From contig DASYLL010000012.1 of the NCBI GenBank assembly GCA_036009605.1, positions 4,810 to 68,809 of the forward strand: a DNA stretch of 64,000 bases. The letters run 5' to 3'. The first letter of the stretch is position 1, and each line of letters begins with the position of its first letter. Both the position numbers and the translations under genes were made by a program. Positions 18,367-27,515 of the stretch are shown piece by piece. The notes beneath the pieces are model-generated. The model was given only the letters and a program-made list of their open reading frames with translations. It searched no databases and had not been told where the DNA came from. This stretch comes from Thermoanaerobaculia bacterium (GTDB lineage: Bacteria > Acidobacteriota > Thermoanaerobaculia > Gp7-AA8).

Positions 18367-18747
18367 ATGATCCGGCTCCTCAAACGCAAAGCCCGCCTCC
18401 TTGTTCTCGACGACGACACGTCCATCCAGAAACTCGTCGCCGCACTCCTCCGCCGCGCAGGCTACGCCGTCGACATCGTCAGCTCCGGCTCACAAGCGAT
18501 CGAGAGAATCGGCAAGCAGAAGTACGACGTGCTGCTGCTCGACGTGATGACGCCAACCGATGGCGGCTTCACCGTGATCAAGCATCTGAAGGAAGCGGAC
18601 CCGGCCCTGCTCAAGCGTGTCGTGCTGCTGACAGCTTCGCCGGATTCACTGCTGCGCGGGATGAAGGGCGATATCTATGGTGTGGTGCGGAAGCCGTTCG
18701 AAGCGGCGGAGCTCGTGGCGACCATCGCGCGCGTCATCGCGCAGTGA
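18367..18747 (+). CDS. Single-domain (CheY-like) response regulator
   Basis: ORF 18127..18747, trimmed to ATG at 18367 (the upstream part of the ORF runs through the tRNA). LLVLDDD...VLLLDVMTPTDGG...VRKPF. Confidence 0.85.
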   Translation: MIRLLKRKARLLVLDDDTSIQKLVAALLRRAGYAVDIVSSGSQAIERIGKQKYDVLLLDVMTPTDGGFTVIKHLKEADPALLKRVVLLTASPDSLLRGMKGDIYGVVRKPFEAAELVATIARVIAQ

Positions 18748-18755
18748 TCAAGCGC

Positions 18756-19202
18756 TCACGACGTCAGGTGATCGCCATTCGTCTTCTCATCCGGCTTTTC
18801 CCCAACCGCCCGATCGCGTGAGCTGCGCGAACAACTGACCACCACATCGACCAGCTGCGATAACAGCGCGGGCTTCCGCAAAACGATCTGCACGATCTCC
18901 ACATCGAGTCCGCGCGTCGCCTCGGGATTCGCAGCAAGCACGAGCACCACCGGCCGCTTGCCCACAGGCATCCGCGCAACGGCGCCGATGACGTTCTCGA
19001 CATCTCCGAACGGCAAGCCCACGTCGATCACCAGGACGCCGTACGGTTCTTCGTCGAGTTTCGCGAGCGCGTCCGCCGTCGTTCCGACCGTGTCCGAGAA
19101 CACATCGAGGTTCAGAAGCGCGCTGAAAAGTGCCTGCCTCAGCGCCATGTCGGCGTCGGCAATCAGAACCCGAGAAACGGACCCACCCATCGGACACAAC
19201 AT
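18756..19202 (-). CDS. Receiver-domain protein (CheY-like), divergent sequence
   Basis: RVLIADAD...VLVIDVGLPFGD...LRKP pattern. Convergent with the preceding regulator. Start may be 19190. Confidence 0.65.
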   Translation of the reverse strand: MLCPMGGSVSRVLIADADMALRQALFSALLNLDVFSDTVGTTADALAKLDEEPYGVLVIDVGLPFGDVENVIGAVARMPVGKRPVVLVLAANPEATRGLDVEIVQIVLRKPALLSQLVDVVVSCSRSSRDRAVGEKPDEKTNGDHLTS

Positions 19203-19227
19203 TTACAAGTCGCCTGCCAACAATGCG

Positions 19228-20391
19228 TTAGCTGCTGATGATCGTCGTTTCCGTCGGCGTGACCACTCCTGAAAAGGATTTCTTGTAGATGTCGATGATC
19301 GACATCAGCAGCGAGAACACGAGCGGACCGATCACGAGCCCGACGAACCCAAACGCCTGCAGTCCGCCGAGAACCGCGAACAACAGCGGAATCGCGGGCA
19401 GCTGCGCCTTTCCTTTCATCGCCCAAGGCCGCACGATGTTGTCGACGAGCGAGACCGGAATCGCGCCCCACGCGATCAGGAAAATCGGCTGCCACCACGG
19501 CCGCCCACCCATCGACGCCGAGATCACCAGATAGATCGACGCCGGCACCCATACCGCCGCGGCGCCGACCATCGGGATCAATGACAGCAACGCCGCAACC
19601 GCGCCCCAGAAACCTGCGCCCGGAACGCCCGCGATCGCGAGTCCGATGCCGGTCATCAGGCCTTGTGCGATTCCCGTGAAAAGCTGTCCGCGAAACGTCG
19701 CTTCGATCACGTCTTTGAATCGCTGCTTGAACTCTTCGTCGTACCGTTTTGGCAGCGGCGACAGAATCGAGAGTTGTCGAACGATCGACTCCCCTTCCAC
19801 ATAGAAGAAGAACATCGACAGCAGGACCAGCGCGAATCCGAGCAGCGCGCCCGCGAGCCCGCCGATGAACGTGCCACCGTGTCGCGCGACCCATCCCGGA
19901 ACCTGCTGGATCGCCGGCAGGAGGATGCGCTGAGGGCTCAGCGTTTCCGGATCGAAGCTCGGTGCGACGCGTTTCACGAACGACAGATACTTCGCGACGT
20001 CGATCCGCTGAATCATCTGCTGCGCTTCTCCGGATCGCAGGTTCTCGACGACGACGTTCGCCTGCTGCACGAGCAGAATCCCGAGCACGACCGCGGGAAG
20101 CACGATCACGAACGTGATGCCCAGGAGCATCACCACCGCGGCGCGATTCGAGCTGCCCTTCGTCGTCATCCGCACGAGCCGAAACAGGTTGAACGTGAGG
20201 ATCACCAGGATCATGCCGATCAGAATGGCGGTCATGAACGGCCAGAGGATCTTGAACGCGGCATAGAGCAGCAGCAGCGCCAGCACGGCGAAAAAGATGA
20301 CGCCGGCGAGCTTCCACTGCGGTCGCTGTTCCAGCTCGGCCACCGAGGATTCAGGCGTTTCGATCACGTGAGCCTCCTTCGAAAACTCCAC
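19228..20391 (-). CDS. AI-2E (PerM) family transporter
   Basis: Multi-TM protein with family-typical C-terminal VDNIVRPWAMKGKAQLPAIPLLFAVLGGLQAFGFVGLVIGPLV. The ATG at 20391 overlaps the LysR stop by 41 nt; an in-frame GTG at 20343 would remove the overlap. Confidence 0.85.
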   Translation of the reverse strand: MEFSKEAHVIETPESSVAELEQRPQWKLAGVIFFAVLALLLLYAAFKILWPFMTAILIGMILVILTFNLFRLVRMTTKGSSNRAAVVMLLGITFVIVLPAVVLGILLVQQANVVVENLRSGEAQQMIQRIDVAKYLSFVKRVAPSFDPETLSPQRILLPAIQQVPGWVARHGGTFIGGLAGALLGFALVLLSMFFFYVEGESIVRQLSILSPLPKRYDEEFKQRFKDVIEATFRGQLFTGIAQGLMTGIGLAIAGVPGAGFWGAVAALLSLIPMVGAAAVWVPASIYLVISASMGGRPWWQPIFLIAWGAIPVSLVDNIVRPWAMKGKAQLPAIPLLFAVLGGLQAFGFVGLVIGPLVFSLLMSIIDIYKKSFSGVVTPTETTIISS

Positions 20392-21271
20392 GACGCGCCG
20401 CGCTCGTAATCGCGCTGACGATCGGATTCTTGATCTTTCGTTCCGCTGCGACGGCGTAGAAACGCTCCTTCAGATCCGGCAGGCGTCCTACGATCCGCAC
20501 GTTGTACTGCGTTTCGATCTCGTGCTCGATCACCGAAGGCGCCGGAAAGATGCCGACGCCGGCGCGGCCGAAGTCGGTCATGAGCGCGAGATCGTCGAAT
20601 GTGCCGACGCGACGCGGCGTGATGCCGTTCGAGTCGAGCCACAATTCGAGCGCTCGCCGCAATTGCGTTCCATCGCCGGGCAGCAGCAACGGCGCGCCAT
20701 CGAGCGACTTCGGGAAATGCTTGCGCGCGGACGTTGCCAGCGACGGCGCGGCGAAGAACGTCGTGCCGCTCTCGCCGAGGAGGTGGTTGTACGCGCGCAA
20801 CGGCGCACTCGCGGCGGGGGCATCGGTGAGCACGAGATCGACCTCGTGTTGACCGAGCAATCGCAGCAGCTCTTCCGAGGAAGCCTCGCGGCACACCATC
20901 TCGATCTCCGTGCCCGCGGCGAATGCGGCGCGCAACACACGATACGCGATGAGCTTCGGAAGCACATCCGCGACGCCGATCGTCACGCGCACGGGCTTGC
21001 CCGTGGGGCGATCGCGCAACGTGTCGCGGAGCTCGCGACCGAGCGCGAAGATCTCGTCCGCATAGCGCAGCGAGATGCGTCCCGCTTCGGTCAGCACGAG
21101 GCCGCGCCCCGATTTCTCGAACAGTTTCTCGCCGAGCGAATCGTCGAGCTGTCGGAGCTGGGCGCTGATCGTCGGCTGCGTGAGATGCAGCTTCCGCGTC
21201 GCCGCGGCAATGCTCCCCTCGTGCGCAACCACCCAGAAGTAGTAGAGGTGGTGGTAGTTCAGCCATTCCAT
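20351..21271 (-). CDS. LysR-family transcriptional regulator (NhaR-like N-terminus)
   Basis: MEWLNYHHLYYFWVVAHEGSIAAATRKLHLTQPTISAQLRQLDDSLGEKLFEKSGRGLVLTEAGR wHTH; ~300 aa. Confidence 0.9.
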   Translation of the reverse strand: MEWLNYHHLYYFWVVAHEGSIAAATRKLHLTQPTISAQLRQLDDSLGEKLFEKSGRGLVLTEAGRISLRYADEIFALGRELRDTLRDRPTGKPVRVTIGVADVLPKLIAYRVLRAAFAAGTEIEMVCREASSEELLRLLGQHEVDLVLTDAPAASAPLRAYNHLLGESGTTFFAAPSLATSARKHFPKSLDGAPLLLPGDGTQLRRALELWLDSNGITPRRVGTFDDLALMTDFGRAGVGIFPAPSVIEHEIETQYNVRIVGRLPDLKERFYAVAAERKIKNPIVSAITSAARRGVFEGGSRDRNA

Positions 21272-21279
21272 CGCGGTTT

Positions 21280-21363
21280 AGTCGCAGAGTCTCAGAGTCG
21301 CAGAGTCTCAGAGATCGCCGCAACAACCTCTCTGAGACTCTGCGACTGTGAGACTCTGCGACT
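21280..21363. repeat. 84-bp palindromic element: 35-bp inverted repeat (1 mismatch) of CAGAGTC(T/G) words, 14-nt centre
   Basis: Left arm 21280-21314 agtcgcagagtctcagagtcgcagagtctcagaga. Right arm 21329-21363 tctctgagactctgcgactgtgagactctgcgact (mismatch at 21348). Lies in the divergent LysR/htpX intergenic region. Confidence 0.9.
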
Positions 21364-21414
21364 TCAACTCATAGGATAAATCAATCCATCCAATCGAAAC
21401 AACGCATCATTTCT

Positions 21415-22311
21415 ATGAATGCATTGGCACAACGCTTCGTTGTGCCTCGCGTTATGCACAACCAGATCAAAACGATCCTGCTGCTGGGAACGCTCTCCGC
21501 CATCCTGATCGGCTTCGGCGCACTGCTGGGCCGGCAATGGGTGGTCGGGTTCACCCTGCTCGCCATCGTCTTCAACTTCGGAGCGTATTTCTTCTCCGAC
21601 AAAATTGTTCTGCGCGTTCATCGCGCGCAGCCGATCACCGAGCACGAAGCGCCGCGGCTCTACGCGATCGTGCGTGAGCTGGCCACGCGTGCGGAGATCC
21701 CGATGCCGCGTCTCTTCATGATGCCGTCGGCGCAGCCGAACGCGTTCGCAACCGGACGCAACCCTGCGCACGGCGTCGTCGCAGTCACCGAAGGCATCAT
21801 GCAACTGCTCAGCGAGCGCGAGCTGCGCGGCGTGCTCGCACACGAGATCGGTCATATCAAAAATCGCGATATTCTCGTCTCGACGATCGCCGCGGCTGTC
21901 GCGGGGGCGATCGCATTCATCGCCAACATGCTGCAGTGGACCGCAATCTTTGGCGGAGGTCAGGACGACGACGCGCCGAATCCGATCGCGGCGCTTGCCC
22001 TGGCGTTCATCGCACCGATCGCGGCGACGCTCGTGCAGCTCGGCATCTCGCGCTCGCGTGAGTTCCTCGCCGACGAAACGGGCGCGCGATTGAGCAACGA
22101 TCCCGAGGCGCTTGCGAGCGCGCTCGAGAAACTCGATCGGACCGCGCATGTCATTCCGCCCGCCACCGCGGCGCCCGCAACCGCGAGTCTCTTCATCGTG
22201 AATCCGTTCTCGGGCACTCGCAGCAGGCTCACGAATTTGTTCTCGACCCACCCGCCGATGGCTGAGCGAGTGCGCCGTCTGCGCGGCTTCCGGGTAGGAT
22301 ACGCCGCCTGA
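21415..22311 (+). CDS. htpX: Zinc metalloprotease HtpX (M48)
   Basis: HEIGHIKNRD HExxH motif, N-terminal TMs, C-terminal STHPPMAERV. Start could alternatively be 21454 (MHNQIKT). Confidence 0.9.
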   Translation: MNALAQRFVVPRVMHNQIKTILLLGTLSAILIGFGALLGRQWVVGFTLLAIVFNFGAYFFSDKIVLRVHRAQPITEHEAPRLYAIVRELATRAEIPMPRLFMMPSAQPNAFATGRNPAHGVVAVTEGIMQLLSERELRGVLAHEIGHIKNRDILVSTIAAAVAGAIAFIANMLQWTAIFGGGQDDDAPNPIAALALAFIAPIAATLVQLGISRSREFLADETGARLSNDPEALASALEKLDRTAHVIPPATAAPATASLFIVNPFSGTRSRLTNLFSTHPPMAERVRRLRGFRVGYAA

Positions 22312-23273
22312 TGGAAACGATCGCTTCGCCACACCTCTGGGTCATCTTCAGCGTCTTCGTCCTGGGGATGCTCGCTCTCGACCTCGGCGTCTTCAATCGG
22401 AAGGCGCACGAAGTCCACTTCAAGGAAGCTCTGACGTGGAGCTTCGTCTGGGTCGCGCTTTCAATGGTGTTCAACTGGTGGATCTACCACGAGTTCGGAA
22501 AACAGAAAGCGCTCGAGTTCCTGACGGGCTATCTGATCGAGAAGGCGTTGTCGGTCGATAACATCTTCGTGTTCGTGGTGCTGTTCGCCTCGTTCGCGGT
22601 GCCGAAGATCTATCAGCACCGCGTGCTCTTCTGGGGCGTGATCGGCGCAATCGTCATGCGCGCAATCTTCATCGGCCTCGGTGCCGCGCTCGTCGCGCGC
22701 TTCCACTGGATCATGTATGTGTTCGGCGCGATCCTGATCTTCACCGGCTTCAAGTTGATGGCCGAGGGGGATGCAGAACCACATCCTGAAAAAAATCCGA
22801 TCTATAAGTTCGCGCGAAGACTGATGCCGGCGACGCCGGAGTATCACGGCAAGCAGTTCACGATCATCAAGGAAGGACGCCGCTACGCGACGCCGCTGCT
22901 GCTCGTGCTGATCGCGATCGAGGCGACAGACGTCGTATTCGCAGTCGACTCGATTCCTGCGATCTTCGCCATCACGACCGACCCCTTCATCGTCTACACG
23001 TCCAACATCTTCGCGATTCTCGGATTGCGGGCGATGTACTTCCTCCTCGCGGGCGTCATCGACAAGTTCCACTTCCTCAAATACGGCCTCGCGACGGTGC
23101 TGCTGTTCGTCGGCACCAAGATGGTGATCGTCGACTGGTACAAAGTCTCGATCGGTGCGTCGCTCGCGATCATCGCTCTCACCCTTTTCCTATCCGTCAT
23201 CGCGTCCGTCATCTGGCCCAAAGCGCCGGAGATCGAGCCCGCTGACGTGGAAGGCGAGCTCGATGAACATTGA
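22311..23273 (+). CDS. TerC-family integral membrane protein
   Basis: EKALSVDNIFVFVVLF and AVDSIPAIFAITTDPFIVYTSNIFAILGLRAMYF motifs. The start overlaps the htpX stop (TGATG). Confidence 0.85.
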   Translation: METIASPHLWVIFSVFVLGMLALDLGVFNRKAHEVHFKEALTWSFVWVALSMVFNWWIYHEFGKQKALEFLTGYLIEKALSVDNIFVFVVLFASFAVPKIYQHRVLFWGVIGAIVMRAIFIGLGAALVARFHWIMYVFGAILIFTGFKLMAEGDAEPHPEKNPIYKFARRLMPATPEYHGKQFTIIKEGRRYATPLLLVLIAIEATDVVFAVDSIPAIFAITTDPFIVYTSNIFAILGLRAMYFLLAGVIDKFHFLKYGLATVLLFVGTKMVIVDWYKVSIGASLAIIALTLFLSVIASVIWPKAPEIEPADVEGELDEH

Positions 23274-23805
23274 GGAGACCAGCCTTCCGGGCGTTCTGCT
23301 CCTCGAACCAAGAGCGTTCGGGGACGACCGCGGCTGGTTCATGGAAACGTTCAACGATGAGGTCTTTCGCGCGAACGGCCTCCCCGATGCGTTCGCGCAG
23401 GACAATCACTCGTACTCGCGCGCCGGCGTCGTACGTGGCCTGCACTACCAGCTCGTCGACCCGCAGGGGAAACTCGTGCGATGCACGCGTGGCGCAATCC
23501 TGGACGTCGCCGTAGACATCCGCCGCGGCTCCCCCACCTTCGGCCAATGGATGGGCGCCGAGCTCACCGGCGAGAACCGCCGCATGCTCTGGGTCCCGCC
23601 CGGCTTCGCGCACGGCTTCAGCGTCCTCAGCGACGAAGCCGATGTGCTCTACAAATGCACCACGCGCTGGCACAAAGACAGCGACCGCAGCATCCTCTGG
23701 AGCGACCCTGAACTGGCGATCGATTGGCGCGTTGCAAGCGCTTCCGTCTCGGCAAAAGACGCCACCGGCAGCCTGCTTCGCGACGCCGAAGTTTTCGAGT
23801 ATTGA
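23263..23805 (+). CDS. rfbC: dTDP-4-dehydrorhamnose 3,5-epimerase
   Basis: ORF 23155..23805, trimmed to ATG at 23263. LPGVLLLEPRAFGDDRGWFMETFN, VRGLHYQ, WVPPGFAHGF. Confidence 0.9.
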   Translation: MNIEETSLPGVLLLEPRAFGDDRGWFMETFNDEVFRANGLPDAFAQDNHSYSRAGVVRGLHYQLVDPQGKLVRCTRGAILDVAVDIRRGSPTFGQWMGAELTGENRRMLWVPPGFAHGFSVLSDEADVLYKCTTRWHKDSDRSILWSDPELAIDWRVASASVSAKDATGSLLRDAEVFEY

Positions 23806-23908
23806 CAGTGCGGAAGTGCGCGGCTACGATGCGCCTCCTCGTCGGGAATGCAGTTGTGCCGACGAGGGTTAGCAGGGATTCCTCGCGCCGAAAGGCGCAA
23901 ACGACCGC

Positions 23909-23985
<77 letters not shown>

Positions 23986-24001
23986 AATTACGATTCATCC
24001 C

Positions 24002-24032
24002 ACGCCGCCGAAAGGCGGCGTTTGTCTTTTTT
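24002..24032 (+). terminator. Rho-independent terminator after tRNA-Asp
   Basis: acgccgcc-gaaa-ggcggcgt stem-loop (24002-24021) followed by ttgtctttttt. Confidence 0.65.
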
Positions 24033-24085
24033 GGACAAGAGAAACTTCGACGCTCCCCCGATGCAAACTCTCATTAGCACTCTCA

Positions 24086-24433
24086 TTAAGCGGTTTTGTA
24101 TTCTGCACGGTGCCGGCGCGGTTTTAAGTGACGGCGGCGCGCACGCCGGCGACGCCCGCCAGTTGGTGAGCTCGGGCGAGTCTTCGAGCGATCGAGCGGC
24201 TGCGTGAGCGCGGCTGCGGTGGGCGCCTCCCACCCTTCGATCATGTCCGCCATCATCTCGGCGTCGAAGTTGAAGTAGTGCTTTTCGACCGTCTTAACGT
24301 TCGTGTCGCCCATCATCTTGACGATCTTGAGGATGTGCGCGCCGTCGCGGACCTTCTGCGCGTACGTCAGTAGACCGCCGTACATGCCGTGTGTGATCGG
24401 CTGGAAATGCTCCTGAAGAATCCTCGAGGACAT
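24086..24433 (-). pseudogene. Tyrosine-recombinase (phage-type integrase) C-terminal remnant
   Basis: ITHGMYGGLLTYAQKVRDGAHILKIVKMMGDTNVKTVEKHYFNF aligns by eye to the HxLRxT...G...LGHxxxxxTxxxY catalytic tail. The R (HGMY) and H (MGD) are substituted, and ~250 N-terminal residues are missing. It abuts tRNA-Asp. Confidence 0.5.
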
Positions 24434-25018
24434 TCATGCCGCGTTGGACTCGGAGGCGATCGTCTCGGGGAGTAATCCCGAGGCCGCGAGAGCCCTCACG
24501 CTGAACGGCGCACCCGACGCGCTGGCGTCGCCAATCACGGTGAGCGCTCTTTCGATCTGGGCCACCGCTTCCTTTGGCCGTCCCACCGCGTTCTCGACGT
24601 GAGCCAGAGTGAAGTGAGCCATCCATGTCACCAGGACGTCGTTCTTATTCGCCGCATCGATGGCGTTGCTCAGGGCGTTGTCGACATTGCCCATATCCGC
24701 CTCGGCAGCACCAAGGAGCAAGAGCGTGATGGCCTCGCGGGGAACGTCCTCTTTCTCCCGATACTCCTGCAGGGCCTCCCTGAGCTGCGGGATCTTTCTC
24801 GCCGACTCCTGCGGTTGTGCCGCGAGCGACACTCCGATGAGTTGGAGCAGCAGCGCGGCGGCGATGGCGATGCGTCGACTCGTTCGTGACTGGCGACTTC
24901 GGTGACCCACTACCAAAGACACGCCTGCGCTGGTTTGGTGTGTGTGTCGACACCGTTCGTGAGGGTGCTTTCGCGTCTCCATAGACTTCGCTCGCACACA
25001 CAGGACGTCGCCCCCCAA
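24434..25018 (-). CDS. Hypothetical exported helical (TPR-like?) protein
   Basis: Signal-like RRIAIAAALLLQLIGVSLAAQP. Helical repeats with A/L-rich pattern. The true start is probably internal (for example ATG 24982 or a GTG near 24910). Confidence 0.4.
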   Translation of the reverse strand: MGGDVLCVRAKSMETRKHPHERCRHTHQTSAGVSLVVGHRSRQSRTSRRIAIAAALLLQLIGVSLAAQPQESARKIPQLREALQEYREKEDVPREAITLLLLGAAEADMGNVDNALSNAIDAANKNDVLVTWMAHFTLAHVENAVGRPKEAVAQIERALTVIGDASASGAPFSVRALAASGLLPETIASESNAA

Positions 25019-25044
25019 AACCCACCGATCCGTGTCTGTCTTAC

Positions 25045-26937
25045 ATGACCTCCTTCATGCGGGGAACTGTGATGCGACAGAGACTGACCGTTGACGGACC
25101 AGAGCAGCGAGTCTCGCGTAATGCCATGACGGGTGCTCTCGTCCCTTTGCTCTTGCTCCTGGGCTCCTGCTCGTCATTCGACCCCGCCGTCCTCGACAAG
25201 CTGAAGAAGCTGCCGCAACTTCCAACGCTCGAATCGTTACTCAACAAGCCGCCAGTGACGACTTCGTTCGCCGACGCGCACGCCGAGGTCGCGTTTCTCG
25301 ACAACACGATCCCGGAGAACGCACGCGCGTTTCCGATGACCTCCATGCCGCGCGACCCACAAGGGCGCTATCTCCTCGGTCCCGGTCTCTATGAGTTGGA
25401 GGCGCAGAGCTACTGCATCAAAGCTGGTACGTACGCACCATCGGAGGGCGACGGCTATCTCTATGCGCCGCTGAAGGGACCGCGGGAGAAGGTCGTGCGC
25501 GCGATTCTCCGGCGGTCGGCCGAGAAGCCGGAAATCGAGCAACACGATGTGCAGGTCCTGCTGTGGGCGGTGATCGCGCGAGCGAAGCTGCGCGACATGA
25601 ATCCGCAACTGCAGCAGACGGCAACGGCGCTTCTGGATGCGCGCGAGCTCTTCGAGCTGAATGGCGGTGCGCTCGGCCTCATCCCTCCCGAGATGATCGA
25701 CAAGTACATGGCCAGGCTCTCGCCGCAGTTGCAGAAAGTCTTTCGCGCTGAGCAGCAGTTGCGGCAGCACCTGGCGCGCGCGAACGCAACGTATCAGCAG
25801 TATGAACAGCTGGCCGTGCTGGCAGGTCTCGCACCGGCCGCCGATATCATTCGTCCGACCCCGCGAGGGCGCTGGTCCTGGCATCCCGACGGTTACTTCA
25901 TCCGCTACTTTCCGCAGGGGTATCAGCGCACGAAGATGCAGGTGTACGTACCCCCGTCGATGACGATCGAGCGCGATGACGAAGGACGGATCGCCGCGGT
26001 CGCGGACGGACGCACGTTTCGCGTCGAGACGAGCTACGAGGGAAGCACGATCACGGAAGTGCGTTTGACCGCGTTCGGCAAGACGATCAAGCGCAAGCCG
26101 ACCGCGGTGCGCGCCAGCGCCCGCGTGTCCTCGCGCGTGAGCTCGATGGAGACGCAGCTCTCGGCGATGACGCTGGCGTCGGATGCGCCGTTCCCCGCGT
26201 CGAACGCCCGCCGTATCGTGGAGGCGGCAGTGTGGTCCCTGGTAGTACAGCAGGCACTCGCCGCGTACGTGAAGGAGAACTTCCCCTGCTCGGTAGAGTT
26301 CGTATCGCGGCTCTGGAATCTGCCTGCTTCCGCGCTGGCCGATCTGCTCGATGGCTTGCGCAACGAGGAGGTAACGTTCGATGCGTCGGGTAATGTCGCC
26401 GTGCCGGCGAACACCTCCTCACAGCGCCTGGCCTCGGGCGGCGAACCGGTGCGCGAGCCGGGCGAGCGATGGTTCGAATCCCTGCCCGATTGTCCGTGTC
26501 GTTGGAGCGACATCAAGTTCAACCAGCCCAGGCCCGACAAGAAAGGACGTCCGGGCCGTTGGATGGCCACGAACGGCTGCGGTCTGCAGACCTATCACCC
26601 GGACGCGGTGAAAGAAGCGCGCTGGACGCCAACGGACGAAGGTCCGGGGCAGCAATGCACCTATGACAAACACAACAAACTGATCACCGGCGGGTTGGCG
26701 GCGGGAACACCTGACTTCTACCCCCCCAACAATCAGCTTCCCGCACACTGGCTCGAGGACGTCGTGCCATTCTCGAACCGGAATCTGTTCGTGCTTTTCG
26801 ACGTGCCACCGATCTCGTGCGACATCTACATGAAACTCTATCCGCCGAATGAAGGAAACGGTTGTGCGGAGAACATCGTCGGCCCGTTGCCATCATCGAC
26901 AATGACGTGTTACGGGCAGACGCTATTAGCGCGCTGA
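25045..26937 (+). CDS. Large orphan lipoprotein, no recognisable domain
   Basis: Lipobox LLLLLGSC|SS (likely start ATG 25126). GC-rich third positions through most of the ORF. Cys-rich C-terminal part (LPDCPCRW, NGCGLQ, QQCTY). Confidence 0.6.
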   Translation: MTSFMRGTVMRQRLTVDGPEQRVSRNAMTGALVPLLLLLGSCSSFDPAVLDKLKKLPQLPTLESLLNKPPVTTSFADAHAEVAFLDNTIPENARAFPMTSMPRDPQGRYLLGPGLYELEAQSYCIKAGTYAPSEGDGYLYAPLKGPREKVVRAILRRSAEKPEIEQHDVQVLLWAVIARAKLRDMNPQLQQTATALLDARELFELNGGALGLIPPEMIDKYMARLSPQLQKVFRAEQQLRQHLARANATYQQYEQLAVLAGLAPAADIIRPTPRGRWSWHPDGYFIRYFPQGYQRTKMQVYVPPSMTIERDDEGRIAAVADGRTFRVETSYEGSTITEVRLTAFGKTIKRKPTAVRASARVSSRVSSMETQLSAMTLASDAPFPASNARRIVEAAVWSLVVQQALAAYVKENFPCSVEFVSRLWNLPASALADLLDGLRNEEVTFDASGNVAVPANTSSQRLASGGEPVREPGERWFESLPDCPCRWSDIKFNQPRPDKKGRPGRWMATNGCGLQTYHPDAVKEARWTPTDEGPGQQCTYDKHNKLITGGLAAGTPDFYPPNNQLPAHWLEDVVPFSNRNLFVLFDVPPISCDIYMKLYPPNEGNGCAENIVGPLPSSTMTCYGQTLLAR

Positions 26938-27378
26938 AGCCATGCTCGGGATGGCGAACGCGGCCGGCGAGAACGGCATGCTCATCGTCGCGTTCGCGAC
27001 GCATGGCGTGAGTTACGGCGGGACGCAATATCTGCTCTACGTCCGAACAGCGCTACAAGCGCTTCACAGGGGCAAGTCATCCTGTCCGCCGCGGCGGCGG
27101 GCCAATATGCCTACGACGACACCCGCCGCAACGGCGTCTTTACAGCCGCCGTCATCGATGCTCTCCGCTGCCAGGCCGCCATCGACGAGCGCGGCGTCGT
27201 AACGGTCGACGCCCTGGCTGCCTTCGTCGAGGAGCGCGTTCTTGCCTGGATCCGCAGTCACAGGGATATCGATGTCGCGCGCGCAACGCAGGTGATGTGG
27301 GAAGGTCAGGCGAAGAAGATGCCTGTCGCAGCCTGCCGCAATGCCGCGGTCGCACCGGCCTCCGGCTGTACGAGGTGA
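26853..27378 (+). pseudogene. Caspase-like (peptidase C14) domain remnant, N-terminally truncated and frameshifted
   Basis: Frame 2 (26942-): ENGMLIVAFATHGVSYGGTQYLL (His-Gly dyad region). Frame 1 (27076-27378): QVILSAAAAGQYAYDDTRRNGVFTAAVIDALRC...VTVDALAAFVEERV, where the expected catalytic Cys is Ala. A possible further piece VLRADAISALK lies in frame 0 (26853-26940). The frame change sits at the GGGG run at 27068-27071. Confidence 0.5.
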
Positions 27379-27515
27379 GCCGCCACGCGCTCGGCGACCG
27401 CGAAGCACGTTTTTATCGTTGCCGTGTCTCTACAGAGGAATGGGTCCGGCGTACGTATGGATCCAATATGACGTTTCTGCCTCCGTCCATCAGGACTGCT
27501 TTCCATAACTGATCG

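Noticed and set aside
20364-22332. ORFs 20364..21326 (-), 20522..21379 (+) and 21364..22332 (-)
   Set aside because: They are alternative frames or strands of the LysR and HtpX genes. Some run straight through the palindromic repeat at 21280-21363.
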